In this document: positions 37,600-50,639 of the stretch, in pieces
Numbering within the stretch: position 1 is the stretch's first letter
Layout: the number at the start of each line of letters is the position of its first letter
NCBI RefSeq assembly: GCF_001194135.2
Contig: NC_068990.1
Span: forward strand, 78,570,139 to 78,634,138
Direction: 5' to 3'
Source: Octopus bimaculoides
Lineage: Eukaryota
DNA length: 64,000 nucleotides
Notes under the pieces: model-generated
Told to the model about the DNA's origin: nothing
Databases searched by the model: none
Seen by the model: the letters and a program-made list of their open reading frames with translations, nothing else
Program-made: the position numbers and the translations under genes

Positions 37600-38045
37600 T
37601 TGGCAGACACCATTTTTTATTTAGTTTTTATTTAGTGTGTTTTCTACCGAAACACTTTAAAACTTTGTATACTTGTATATTTTGTGTTATAGAATAGAGA
37701 AAAATTTTTATATTTGAAGTTATTTCATGTTAAAAGTTGTCGTATTTCGGTAATTTCAACCAATCATTGACGTCTATTGAGGTGAAAACAATTACTGCTG
37801 TGGTGGTGCAATGGGATCTTTTCCCTTGAATAAAATTAGTGCCGTTGTTTGTCAACAGCAACTATCGGTGATACTGTTATTTATGACATCGTTCATGCGT
37901 TTGTATTGGTTTTAGCTTTAGGGTTTTAGGGTAAGGGTTCGGATTTTAGAGTTAGGGTTAGGGTTATGATTATTTTTGCCAAATTTGGTGAAAAATTTGT
38001 GGCGGTGTATTGAACAGATTTTCACCAAATTTGGCAAAAATACTC
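37600..38045. mobile_element. Non-autonomous DNA element (Helitron/Helentron-like?) with telomere-like tract and terminal hairpin
   Basis: CpG-richer body, degenerate (TTAGGG)n at 37910-37966, and a 24-bp perfect inverted repeat at 37971-37994 / 38019-38042. The class is an inference. Confidence 0.35.
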
Positions 38046-39937
38046 AAGTCACAGTTATAATGGTGAAGTGTTTTCAACTGATTGATTATTGGATGTAGCA
38101 ATTAGGTCACTTAGAACAGTTTTTGTTTTTTTTTGATAAATATAATAGACTAACCTAATACAGGCATATGTTGTAAGGATAAGTAAACAGGAAATAACAA
38201 TTTCTACCCAAGGACAAAAATCGTGTTACACAGTGTAATCCACAATTGAAGCAAGATTAAGCTCAAACAGCTAAACTGAAGGAGAGATTCAACTGTGACA
38301 CAAAATACATTGACTTCAATTACATTTGAGAACAAGTTTTGGATAAGCTAAAGAACTACAAGAGATTCTGATAGCAAACCTAAGTCTCTATCGTCTTTGC
38401 AATAAATAGGTAGCAGCCAAGATGTCTCACTTGAAATTCTTCATCAAATGATATCGATGGATGACATTCATAATTTACAGACCTAAAGTGGTGACCTAAA
38501 TGTTTGTCTGAAAGAGTTTATACATGAAGAACTCTTGGATTACTGATGTATCTCTAAATAGAAACAAAACATTCTCATGACCCTCACCACTTCCCCTGTT
38601 TTTTCAACTCAGAATCGTTATGTTTCCAACCCAGCCACAATCTACAGCCTTTCATATTTGCCTGATATGTTTTAGCTTTATTTAGAATTATCATGAATCA
38701 CAGGGACTAATCAAATATTGAGGCTTTAATATCTGTCTGTAGATTGGATGTGTGTATACCAATGTATATAGATTAACACACATACACTGCTGTATCTATA
38801 TATGGGGGTATATAAAGAGATATCAATATGTAACATTGAAGAAGGAACAGAGAAAAATATACATTAAATAAAAAAAAAAAGGAAAAATAAAAATATAAAA
38901 AATAAAATAATAAAAGGAGAAAAAGATGAAAGAAAAAAAAAGAAAAACAAAGAGGAAAAGAGGAGGAAGGAGGCAAAAGCCTGGCCATATTTTAGCAATT
39001 GATTAGAAAATCTAATCAATAGTAATGTGATCCTGATTACAGATCGAAGTCATGAATCATTTGAATTTACTATTTCACATGAAATCTAACAGCAACTATA
39101 ACATGATGATGATGGTGATGACTGTAGTGATGGTGGTGGAAGGGAGTTGGGGGGGGGCCTTCCTTATCCAGCTAACAATAACTTGGACCCTGCTTCAGCT
39201 GGTATTTGTTTGGCTCCCTACGCTTCATTTAACATTGAATCAACTCAGAGATTTGAAGACAGAAAAAATACAGACGCCATCGTTAAATTTAGAAAATATG
39301 GCCAACATTAGATAACAAAAAAAATATCCTTTAAACGATAATCACATCTTCCCCAGATAAATCCTGCAAAAGATACAGGATGGAGTCATTAATGCTTTGA
39401 CAGTTGAGTCACTTAAATAAGAGGCTCCACACACACACACACACACACGTCTGTCTGTTTACAAACACGTATGTGTGTATGTGTGTGTGTGTGTGTGTAT
39501 GTGTGTGTGTGTGTGTATGTGTGTGTGTGTGTGTGTGTGTGTTTGGTTCATGAGTTTGTTTTATTAATCACACCTAAAATCAGGCTACTGCTTTCATGGT
39601 GTGTGTGTGTGTGTGTGTGCAGATGAAGAGCTCTTAGAGAGAGTTATTCAGTTCTGGTTTCATTGTATGGATTACATGTGTGGCTACTCTGCACTTGGAC
39701 AGGATACAAGTCTATTGCCAATAACATTTCCTGATGATTTAAGCAGATTTCAACCAAATCTTCAACAGACAGGTGGACTTAGGCAATGTAATATCCCACC
39801 TAATAAAACAACAGAGGCAGCAGGTTAGAAGTTAGGGCCAAGAGGTAGCTTGTCCAATACCTTTATCCACTGGGCTACTGCTGCTCTGGCACATCCACAG
39901 GTTTTACATTCAAATATTTATGTCTTTCCCATATGCA

Positions 39938-39997
<60 letters not shown>

Positions 39998-40937
39998 ACT
40001 TGTTTGATGTGTTTTTGTTTTCTTTTGCTCCTTTTTTTTCTCCGGTTGACTCAGCCTTATTGGTGAATCATAAATGATTTTTGAAGAGGTATTTGAGAAC
40101 TTGGGGCTCATTCAGTTAAACAAAGAGAAAATTCCATGGACAGAGAGGAAGACATAATTGTAAGAAGCGGGGCCAACAGATGTAGAGGTGGGTATGGCTT
40201 AACAAGTTTAGTAACAGAGCAGGGGCCATCACAGCAGAAACAATAAATCTGAAGATTGAAAGCTTTGCATAAAGGGGTTTATTAATCGAATGGATAGCCC
40301 CACCACCATCACCACTGCCACCATTCTGCTTTGAATGCAGTCTTCAAGATCAGTGATTGAAAAAAGGGGCAACACTAAAAATACTACATCGACAAACCAC
40401 ATGGAGAGCAACTGAAGCCAGTAGAATAGGAAGTCATGTCTCCTTTCAAAGAATTTTTAGAACAAAGATTTTAGAGGAGGTTCCAAAAGATGGTGAGTCT
40501 GAGTTTGTATTGCTGTTATTATTAGCTCCTGGTCATCCTTGGTCAGATAAATTTTACCATCAAAGAGATTCTAATCATGAATAATCTTTTATTCAAACAG
40601 TGTATCTTGGAGAATATTAGCCAATGTACCTTCCCATTTTTTTTTAATGTGTTAGAATATGATTTAGAGGGATATTTTGCTGCTATTTCTAGCTGATGCT
40701 CCTTTGTAGCATATCCTGAAATTTTACATTTCCATAATTTTCTGTGAACTTATGGTGCTATATTACATCTAAGAACTGACCATTTTCTTTGGAAGGCTTA
40801 AAAAGAAAAAAAAAGAATTTGTGACAAATACCTTACACAAAACAGCAAACATGATCCCACTTCCAGTCCAGATGCATTATGGGATACTTTGGTTGGGACA
40901 AACATTTCCTATAAACATCAACATGTAACACTTGGTA

Positions 40938-41078
40938 TCTTTTATTTGTTTCAGTCATTAGACTGTGGCCATGCTGGGGCATTGCCTTAAAGAATTTTTA
41001 TAGAAGACATTTGCCCAAGGTGCCACACAGTGGGACTGAACCCAAGACCATGTGGTTGGGAAGCAAGCTTCTCACCAC
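40938..41078 (-). mobile_element. SINE family A, internally deleted and 5'-clipped
   Basis: The 3' end is joined directly to the 5' part (gaagacatttgcccaaggtgcc..gggactgaaccc..gggaagcaagcttct). Confidence 0.8.
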
Positions 41079-41408
41079 ACATGTTTAATAAACATGTAAT
41101 GTGCTTGTTACATGTTTATTAAACATGTTACACTTGTGCTTCCCATATAGAAGTTCAATGTTATTGACAGTATTTCTTGTGTTGACCATTGAAGTGACCC
41201 TTGATGGTAACAGCTCTTTATCTTGAAAAGTTTAAATGTAATTAACTTTGAATATTTACAGAAGAGAAACAAAGTTGTAAGAAAGAGGAGAATTAAAGAA
41301 GTTTTTATTTTTAAACAGAATCAGGTGCAGCTGCCATGCTATGGTATGACGGTTCTCTTCTTCTTTACAATAAAGATGGATATCTATTCACACTGTTTCA
41401 AGCTCAGT

Positions 41409-41730
41409 GAAAGCACCTGGCTTAGTGGTTAGAGTATCTCACTTACAATTGTAGTCATGAGTTCAATTCCCAATGGCACATTGTGTCCTTCAACAAGACA
41501 CTTTATTTCACATTGCTCCAGTTCACTTGGCTGGCAAATATGAATAGCACCTGTAATTCAAAGGGCCAACCATGTCACATTCTGTATCACGTTGAATCTC
41601 TTTGAGAGCTACATTAAAGATGTGCATGTCAGTGGAGTACTCAGCCACTTGCACATTAATTTCATGAGCAGACTATTCCATTGATCAGATCAACAAGAAC
41701 CCGTGTCCTTATAACCAATGGAGTGTCAGT
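41409..41730 (+). mobile_element. tRNA-derived SINE, family C
   Basis: A box TGGCTTAGTGG, B box GAGTTCAATTCCC, then TGTGTCCTTCAACAAGACACTT and a non-tRNA body. Confidence 0.65.
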
Positions 41731-42422
41731 TTATTTCTCAAGCCTGGTAAATTAAAACAATGACTGTCATCAATCTGGACCATAAATACAATTCTGTACA
41801 AATGACTGAGAGAACAGAATTATTGATTCTGGTGAGTCAAACAATATTTTTAATTAATAAAACATTACACCTCTAATGAAAGAAAAAATCCATTAACTTC
41901 AACAAGAACTTATAGTCAAGACAGACAAGAAACAAACAATCCAATGAAGAAATCGTAGTAGATGAAAGCACACAGACAACTCCACACATGTTTCTATCTT
42001 ATTAGGCCTCCTCAGCACTTTTACAGATATTCTTCAAGATTGTAAATGAGAGAGAATAAAGATTTTGAATGAAAAAACATTCACTGATTAGCCAAACTGA
42101 AAATAATGATGGGAAAAAAATGCTTAAGAATATGTTCAGATAATTTAATCTGTTAAGTCACCGAATAACAATAACAACAACAACAGTTATAATGCATTGT
42201 TAGGCTGGTGTTTAGTTCTAGATTTAGTGGTGCTAAGAGGATAATGAACCTTCCTTTGGGTAGAAATATCACTGTATCACAGATATTATTCTTGTATGTG
42301 ATGCTAATTCCTTACAATTCAATCAACTAAACACACACACACACACACACACATCTTGAAGACTGTTTCTGTATTCATTGAATTTCAGTAGTTTCCTTAT
42401 TTTCTCATTTAACTAAAATACT

Positions 42423-42458
<36 letters not shown>

Positions 42459-42699
42459 TANNNNNNNNNNNNNNNNNNNNNNNNNNNNNNNNNNNNNNNN
42501 NNNNNNNNNNNNNNNNNNNNNNNNNNNNNNNNNNNNNNNNNNNNNNNNNNNNNNNNNNNNNNNNNNNNNNNNNNNNNNNNNNNNNNNNNNNNNNNNNNNN
42601 NNNNNNNNNNNNNNNNNNNNNNNNNNNNNNNNNNNNNNNNNNNNNNNNNNNTTTTTTTTTTTTTGTTTTTCAATCCTACAAATGCAAAATAACAAGAGA

Positions 42700-42730
<31 letters not shown>

Positions 42731-44757
42731 CATGTGTGTATATATATTTTAGTAAAACTGAGCTTAGAATGTACGTGTACATTGAAATTACAACCTCGAA
42801 ACTAAATTTATTTCTCCCTGACAAGCTGAAAAGATAGCTTCAAGCTTTGAAGCAGCTGTATGATAAAGAAGCCATCTTCTCTAAATACAACTGGAGCCAA
42901 GCAGCAACAGCGGTGATGGCAAGAGTAAAATAAGGTCTTTGTTTTAGACTTTGGCAGAGTAACCAGAAGTAAAGAGATATGCCAACAGCATTACAAGTGC
43001 TGCAGTGACAAACTGGAATCTATCCTTGGCTCTAACACAAGACTATGTTACATAGATGTAGCACCTTAATAATCAAGCTAAATTCTGTTTCTTTTTTCTT
43101 CTTCTTTTCTTTTTCTTTCTTTTTGCTTGTTTTAATGTTTATTTTTACAACTGCTAGCAATTCCGTTTGTTCGGGTGTTAATCCTAAATATACTTATGTA
43201 GGGCAAGCACTGTAATGTAGTCTGGATCTCAAGGGATAAACTGTTTCAATGAAATAAATATTTTGTTAATGCTTACTTTGTGCGAATGCCATAGAGTGGG
43301 TGGTAGCCATGGAAATTGACACAAGTTGTGAATTTAGTCTTGGAGAAATTTCAACGCTGCAACATCTAACACACACACACACACACACTTGAAATAAAAG
43401 ATTTTAAAAAATGAAAAAAAAACAAAACAAAAAAACAAGGCAACAAAACCATGAAATCTGCTCAAGGGTCAGACAGGCAGCCTGTAGCAGGGAGTGAACC
43501 ATCTACAATACGTATGGCTAATAAGATAGCATCTTAATACTTAAAATCCAAATATGAGGAAGCATTCCTTTATTATATTCACAACAAACAAAAACATCTA
43601 CAATACCGACCAGCAAGAACCGTTTCTTTCATCACAAACCTCTGGGCCCAGCAGAGAGTATCATTAGAAAGAGGAGTTAAAAACACAAGGGCTAACCTGG
43701 ATTTCACAGATGGCTATTTATTAAAAGGTTTGATGACTTAAATACAAGGTTTACTCATTAAATTATGTGTTATAGATTGGAACAAAAGACTTAGACATTT
43801 AAGAAAAGGACAACTTTAATTTGAGAGAGACAGCTAAGAAAGAAGCTCCCACATGGTCGTGTGTTGTTAAGATTAGAACAGAAGGGCATTCAAGAATTTG
43901 TGGTGTCACCTGGAGCAATTTGGAACCTTAGCAAACTGAGCTTTGAAGAGTGTAATTTAAGGCTAAAATTCAAAAATTTCCAACAAAATACTGATGCACA
44001 AACATTCTCCAAGCATTCCACATTCAATATTCAGACTTTCTGCCACAGCTGTCATTGCTGCCATCACGGTCATTGTTGTCAATGGCTTAAATGTTAAAGA
44101 ATATAAAGAAAGAAATCAAGTTCATTAGAGACAAAGTCTGGGTAAATTCTTGTTCAATAGATTTTGGCAGTGATCTGTTTGGCCCACTGTATTAATCCAA
44201 ATAGGAACACAAGGATTAATACAAATCCGATGTGCCGTTATGCTTCTATGTTGTCACACATGATTCTAACTGATACAATAACCAAGTCCATCTTAAATAG
44301 GACACATAATGTAGTTCTAAATAACATTAAAAAAGACTGGATGACTATGGATGGAATGTCTTTGATCAAAGGCCTGCTTGCTTGGCCTGGATGACACAAT
44401 ATCTTTACTCTCGGTAGAACATCTTAAGTGTAAAATCTTCAGTCTTTCGAGAGTAACTGACTTACAATACATTATGTCATCCTTATACACTGGGCTTGGG
44501 GAAAAAGATAAGTCAACAGGATGCTCAAGGCTGGAACGTCTTTGATCATACATCTACCCTTTCAGGTATTTCTAACTCACTTGTCACTCCACTTCTCTCA
44601 CTGACCATACTGTCTCCATTCCAGCCTGGGTCCCACACTAACCCTTACATTCAGTCCTTCCTTCAAGAATTTCTGACCTACACATGTTTTTGCAACTATT
44701 CAAGAGAAATGTTAACCATCCAACCCATGCCAGTATGGAAGGAGAACATTAAGTGAA

Positions 44758-44790
<33 letters not shown>

Positions 44791-44945
44791 CTCACCAGTC
44801 TCAAGTGAATTTAAGAGTTATACAAAGAAGGGCTAACTTGGATTTCACTAGTGACACACAAACATGCTATTGTCCAGTTTCTGGTCAAACCAGGTACAAC
44901 CAATTCAGCTAATGAGAGGTATGCATGAATAAGGAGGAAGTAGAA

Positions 44946-44993
<48 letters not shown>

Positions 44994-45003
44994 NNNNNNN
45001 NNN

Positions 45004-45040
<37 letters not shown>

Positions 45041-45686
45041 AAAGGGATGTTGTTTGTGTATCTATACATGTAAAGACTTTATACATATGTATGTATATGA
45101 TAATTAGAAGAGGTCAGTTCTTCCAGAGAATAGAAAAGCAATCAGGTGATCATTCAAATAAAAAGTATGAGAACTACAATAAGCAAGAGAACAAAACAGT
45201 CTTATTCATGTTATTGTTAGTACTGTAGCTGTGGTTGATGTTATTGTTGCTGTTATTATTGAAGTAGAGGTTCATGTTGAATTGTGGTTCACATGTTGTT
45301 GTTGTTGTAGTGTTCCATGGTGGAGGATGAGTAGGAGGGGAGGGGGTTGCTCTGACAATGAATAATTCAAAGCCATGGCAATCAACATATTGTCTTGCTT
45401 TTCTCCATGACCCCCTCCCTCATGCATCCCACACAATCAACTCACCCCACCCCAATTCGTGAAAGAGGGTGGACTTAATTGGTTGCACCACTCGACCATA
45501 AACATTTGGTTGGCACACATTTTTGCTTTCAAGTAGATTTCACTAGAGACACACACACACACACACACAGATGATGATGATGACTTATATATACATATAC
45601 ACACATAGATATGCATATACATACAGATACCTTACATAGTTAGACTTATATAAATGTGAGGGTGTGTGTATATACACGCAATAAAA

Positions 45687-45848
45687 TCATATCATCATGG
45701 ATTGGATGATTTGACTGAGGACTGGCAAGCCAGATGGCTGCACCAGGCTCCAGTTTGAGCTAACAATGTTTCTACAGCTGGATGCCCTTCCTAATGCCAA
45801 CCACTCCGAGAGTGTAGTGGGTGCTTTTACGTGCCACCGGCACAAAGG
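45687..45848 (-). mobile_element. RTE-type 3' UTR fragment
   Basis: CAGCTGGATGCCCTTCCTAATGCCAACCACTCCGAGAGTGTAGTGGGTGC. Confidence 0.8.
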
Positions 45849-45849
45849 C

Positions 45850-46430
45850 ACAATTTCTTCATGTATTGGTTTCTCTAGCTGTATTTCTTGAAGGTTTGTG
45901 GTTGTCATCACTGAGTGCAACTTTTTGGTATCTTCATGTTTAAGAACTGGCTTTAACATTCAGTTGTTTGTTTGCCACAGATAGGCAGAAAGTCCCATGG
46001 TTGCAATTTTCAATGGCTGCCTTCTTTTCTCAGGAGGTTTATTCAATTTACATCTGTTGCATAGGTTTTCCTTTCATCATCAGCTTTCCTATTTTGATAC
46101 AAGAGAGGAACAAGTTTATAGCAATGAAGTTGTGTGTGATTACAGGCATGGCTGACATGTTTATGGCCTCAGTTTTGCTTCTGGCATTCAGCCACATTTT
46201 CAGAATGGCTCTTACTGTTTGGTAGCACACCTTCCTTATCTTTTCTCTCATTAGTGAGTGCTTAATTTCATCCCTTTCCCATATTTCTAGATACTTACAG
46301 CTGTCCTAAACTTCTAATTCTTTTATTTTGGTGTCTCCCTCTACGGGTCTTAAGAGTTTGATAGCTTTCTCTTGGTAAATGTAGTCTTAGTTTTATTTGT
46401 CGAACCCAAATTCCATTTTGATGTTGTCAC
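45850..46430 (-). mobile_element. Decayed R4/Dong LINE fragment (post-RT region)
   Basis: MREKIRKVCYQTVRAILKMWLNARSKTEAIN and MLKPVLKHEDTKKLHSV; homologous to 4780-4870. Confidence 0.72.
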
Positions 46431-46600
46431 TAAATTGTTTCTGTGTGTGTAGGATACAGTTGGCAATCATTTAGACAGAAAACAGTTTCAAATCATTCAC
46501 ATAGAAATGATGATTGTTTTTCCATACACTCTGTATCCAGAATTGGCTTCGTTTGGGAGACTGCTTTGGGGAAACAGGGAATAACAAAGGAGATAATAAG

Positions 46601-46738
46601 TCTCTGTGTTCTGAGTTCAAATTCTGCCGAGGTTGACTTTGCCTTTCATCCTTTCTGACTATCAGTTGTGTACTGGGGTTGATGCAATTGACTAGTCCCC
46701 TACCCCCAAATTTCTGGCCTTGTACCTATTGTAGAAAG
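46601..46738 (+). mobile_element. SINE family B, 5'-truncated
   Basis: TTCTGAGTTCAAATTCTGCCGAGGTTGACTTTGCCTTTCATCC through GTAGAAAG. Confidence 0.8.
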
Positions 46739-47134
46739 TTTGAGGAAAAAGAATAATAAATTAATTATATGCTACAATCAATAGAAACCTTTGTCCAAAC
46801 CCAAGCAAAATCAAAATCGTCCCCATTGTGACTTCATAGCAATATCCATTCCTGGACTGACTCAAATTACATTCACACATCGCAAATAGGTGCAGTTTTT
46901 TTTGTTTTTTTTCTTCTTGTTTTCTGTTTTTCCTACTTTTTTTTTTATCTTTAAATCCTCTCCTTCAAACATTCATACATGAAAATCAACAGGAGCAACC
47001 ATCATCATTATTATTATTATTATCAAAGCAGCAAGATAGCAGAAACATTTGTGTATCAGGTAAAGTGCTTAGAAGTTTTCCTGGGGATGTAATATCAGCA
47101 AAAAGAAAAAAAAAACACACACTCACACACACAC

Positions 47135-47315
47135 AGGTGCAGGTAAGGCTGTGGGAGTTAAGGAATTTGCTTTGAAACCACGAGGTTGCAGGTTCAATCC
47201 CACAGCATGTCATCTTGGACACATGCATTCTACCATAGCCTGAACCAACCAATACTTTTTTCAGTGAATTTGTTAGCCAGAAACTGTGTGGAAGCGCATC
47301 ATATGTGTATGTGTG
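47135..47315 (+). mobile_element. SINE family A, 5' half, old
   Basis: Degenerate head with GGTTCAATCCC B box. Confidence 0.6.
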
Positions 47316-47944
47316 TGTGTGTGTGGGGGGGGGGGCTTCCCTTGATATCACACAATGTTGTAAATCACTATTGCACAAGCAGTATCATTCATTTCCCGTT
47401 GAAAACATATCTAGTCATAGGGAAATATTCCCTTGCTTGAAAACAGGGGACAGTTAGCAACAGGAAAGGCATCCAACCACAGAAAATCTGCCCCTGTAAG
47501 ATGCTTCCTGACCAATGATGATGATGATGATGACATATATAGAAGTACAACCACAGCTGAATATAAACACACACAGACACACACAAACACACAGAAAATT
47601 CTTCTCCTTTCTGGCTCCAGTTTTTATATTCTGTGACAATGTTCAATTGCTATCATGCTGAAAAACTTCAATAGAAATGTTTAAGACACTTATTTGTTTA
47701 AATGTTACCAATATTCACTCCACGATGTCAATCAGAGAGAGAGAGAGAGAGAGCAGCCATCTGTAAATGAAATCTACAGAATGCAGGAAGAAATTCTTTA
47801 AGAATCGTTTGAAACCATTGTACTGCGAACTTCTCTTGTCCAGTCCAATAACACCAGCTTAGTAAAACAAATGTAACATAGACGGAAATGGTGTCTTCAT
47901 TCATTCATGCATACATACCTACATACATACATACAACATTCATA

Positions 47945-49142
47945 TGAGGAAGTAACCAAAAGAAATTGGAATTTTGCAGTTGACAATATACAACAACTTT
48001 ATCGCATCACTACTGCTTAAATCTCTCTGAGAGATTTAGAAATGTTATTTCTAATTTTGGTAACCAGTGAATATATTTCACTGTATTTATATATGTTTGC
48101 GAGAGGTTGACAGACTTCTTCAACCAGCTGGTCATGCTACTTCAGGCTGATGACAAGCAAAGACTCAGAAACATGTCCCTGAATGCTGGCTAGGTTGGGT
48201 GGAAGGGTTTGTCTCCCCCTCACAAACATAAGGACTCAGTAAATGTGTCAAGGCCGACAGGAAGCGGTCCAGCTTCCTAGGGCTAAACAGCAGTAGTATA
48301 TTCCCTTATTGGGATTGTCACATTAATCGCCTTCAAAGTATTCTCCATTTGAAGCAATGTTTCAGTCCAGGCATGTTTTCTACTATTCAAAGCAATGCTG
48401 GAACTCTTGTGAAGTGATGCCTTTTAACGCCTCCGTCGCTTTTTTTTTCTTCACCTCTTCCACATCTGCAAATTCCGTAGTACCACCTTTTATCACCAGT
48501 GATGACCTTCAAAAAAAGGTCTGGATCAACTTCCAGCTGTTCTTTCAGTCGTGACTGTTTTCGATCTTCTGTGATTAAGTGAGGCACAAATTTTGCTGCA
48601 ACTCTTTTCATTCGCAATTCCTCGCTCAGAATTTGTTGGCAGCAGCTCCGGGAAACACCAGTCATATCAAAAAGTTCATCAATCGTTTGGTGATGGCTGT
48701 CCAAGATTAGTTCATGAATTTTCCTGACGTTTTCATTTGTCCAGGAGGCTGACAGGCATCCTGAATGAAGTTAGTCTTCAAGTGACATGTGACCATTCCC
48801 AAAGCATGGAAACTACTCATAAACTTGTGTTTTGCTCATGGCTGCATCCTTGTAAGCTGTTTGGAGCATGACAACTGTTTTGGCTGCTGTTTTCCCCAGC
48901 AGAAAACAGAATTTCACAAAAGCACGCTGTTCTTTTGTTTCAGCCATTGCAAAAATCGATGAACAAGGGAGAAGCACTGCAAAACAAAGATGCACCACGT
49001 AACAGTATGACCCCACTGGACAACACCAGTCGGCAGACTGATGCCTGAGGGTCACGTCAAGTGGTTTCTTGTGGTAGAAGCCTGAAATACAATGGGTTTG
49101 TCCCACAGAGAACGTTTCTGGTTAATTTTGGGTACCCCTTTG
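47945..49142 (-). mobile_element. Mariner transposon, internally deleted and non-autonomous
   Basis: EQRAFVKFCFLLGKTA..SKTQVYE (HTH) and KRVAAKFVPH..VITGD, joined near 48474 to FADVEEVKK..GEYFEGD*. TA at 47943-47944 and 49143-49144 within a TACA microsatellite. Degenerate TIRs match at about 16/27. Confidence 0.85.
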
Positions 49143-49653
49143 TACATACACATACATACACACAAATGCACAACGTTAAACTAAAAAGAAATACCATTTT
49201 ATGAAATTTAATTATGCATTCACAGATTTCCACTTACCCCCACCATCACCACCACTACAACCAAAGTATAGCAGCTTCTGAAAATGCAATATATTTTTTT
49301 TATTTAGCTTTTGTTTATTTAATGAAAAAATTCTGTTGTATTAAATAGATTTGTGTTTGTTTCATGTCTCACATTGTTTCCAACCCCTTATAATATTGAA
49401 TTGGTGGTCATTCCTTTTAATGGTCAGTGTCAGTGGTGGTGGCATCATCATTGTCGACACCAACATCATCATCACTGCTTGGAAGGAGTCTCTTAATCAT
49501 TTGTTGCCAACAAGGTTTTGTCAGTAATTTGTGCCCATTCAACATAGAAAGAGGAAATGAAAATAATTGAATTGAATTCTTCAAAATCAAATTTATTCCC
49601 CAAAAATGAGTGCGTGTGTGTGTGTAGTAGTAGTAGTAGTAGGAGAGAGAAAG

Positions 49654-49684
<31 letters not shown>

Positions 49685-50550
49685 AGTGTGTGTGTGTGTG
49701 TGTGTGTGTGTGTCTATATATATATTGCTAATACTTATTTTTATGACTTATTCTTGTTTAATGAAAACTACTGGGGATTTGTACATATTTTTGTACATTT
49801 TCCGTGTTTAACATTTGATCCCATTTTAACCCCTCCCCTCCCCACCTCCAATATATATTTAAAGCAAGATTTGTCCAATTTCAATGCGGATCACATTTGA
49901 TTTGGTTGATTTTCTCCTTTCTTTATTAATTTGTTTTGTTTTGTTTTAACCTCATCCTTCCTGTATTTTACAATTATACGAGATGCACAGACTTGCCAAA
50001 AAGATGCTCCACCAATCTCTTCTTATAGTCTTCACATCAACATTGATTCTTGGTTGGTTCCTTTCTTGCTTCCTTCTATGTTCTTATTCTATGCCAAACA
50101 GAATTCTACCATTCAGGCAAGAAACCATCCTACATCAACCAAGATAAAGTGTCAGACTCCAGAATGAAGACAACCAATTATCGGTTCTTGTTTTATAAGA
50201 TTCTGAACAACTTCTACACCATTTCCCTGAAAACCAAACTTAAAACGCATCTTTAAGAAATGGATAAAAGACAGCCATCCTCCTAGATAGTAAACCAACC
50301 TCACTTCACCCAGCTATTGGGAATGGGTACAGAAAATGTGGAGACTATTCCCAGTTGCTAAGTGAAATGGAGCAAGTAGAATTAACTGTTCTGTCCAAAT
50401 ACACCAACAAGACTTGCAGTGGGTTTGAACTCAGGATCTTTACATTTGTCATTCATTCTCTTTTTCCCAGCAGCAGCATAGATACTTTTTCACCCTCTCT
50501 TTAATTATACTCATCACTCTTCCTTTCTCTTTTTACTTTTTCAGTTCAGA

Positions 50551-50588
<38 letters not shown>

Positions 50589-50598
50589 NNNNNNNNNN

Positions 50599-50639
<41 letters not shown>

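Noticed and set aside
37910-37966. True telomere or chromosome-fusion site
   Set aside because: The tract is short, degenerate, single-orientation and embedded in a putative transposon.
40461-40492. Coding micro-exon TKILEEVPKDG with a GTGAGT donor
   Set aside because: Several competing weak acceptors, no recognisable homology and no partner exons; expected by chance in 64 kb.
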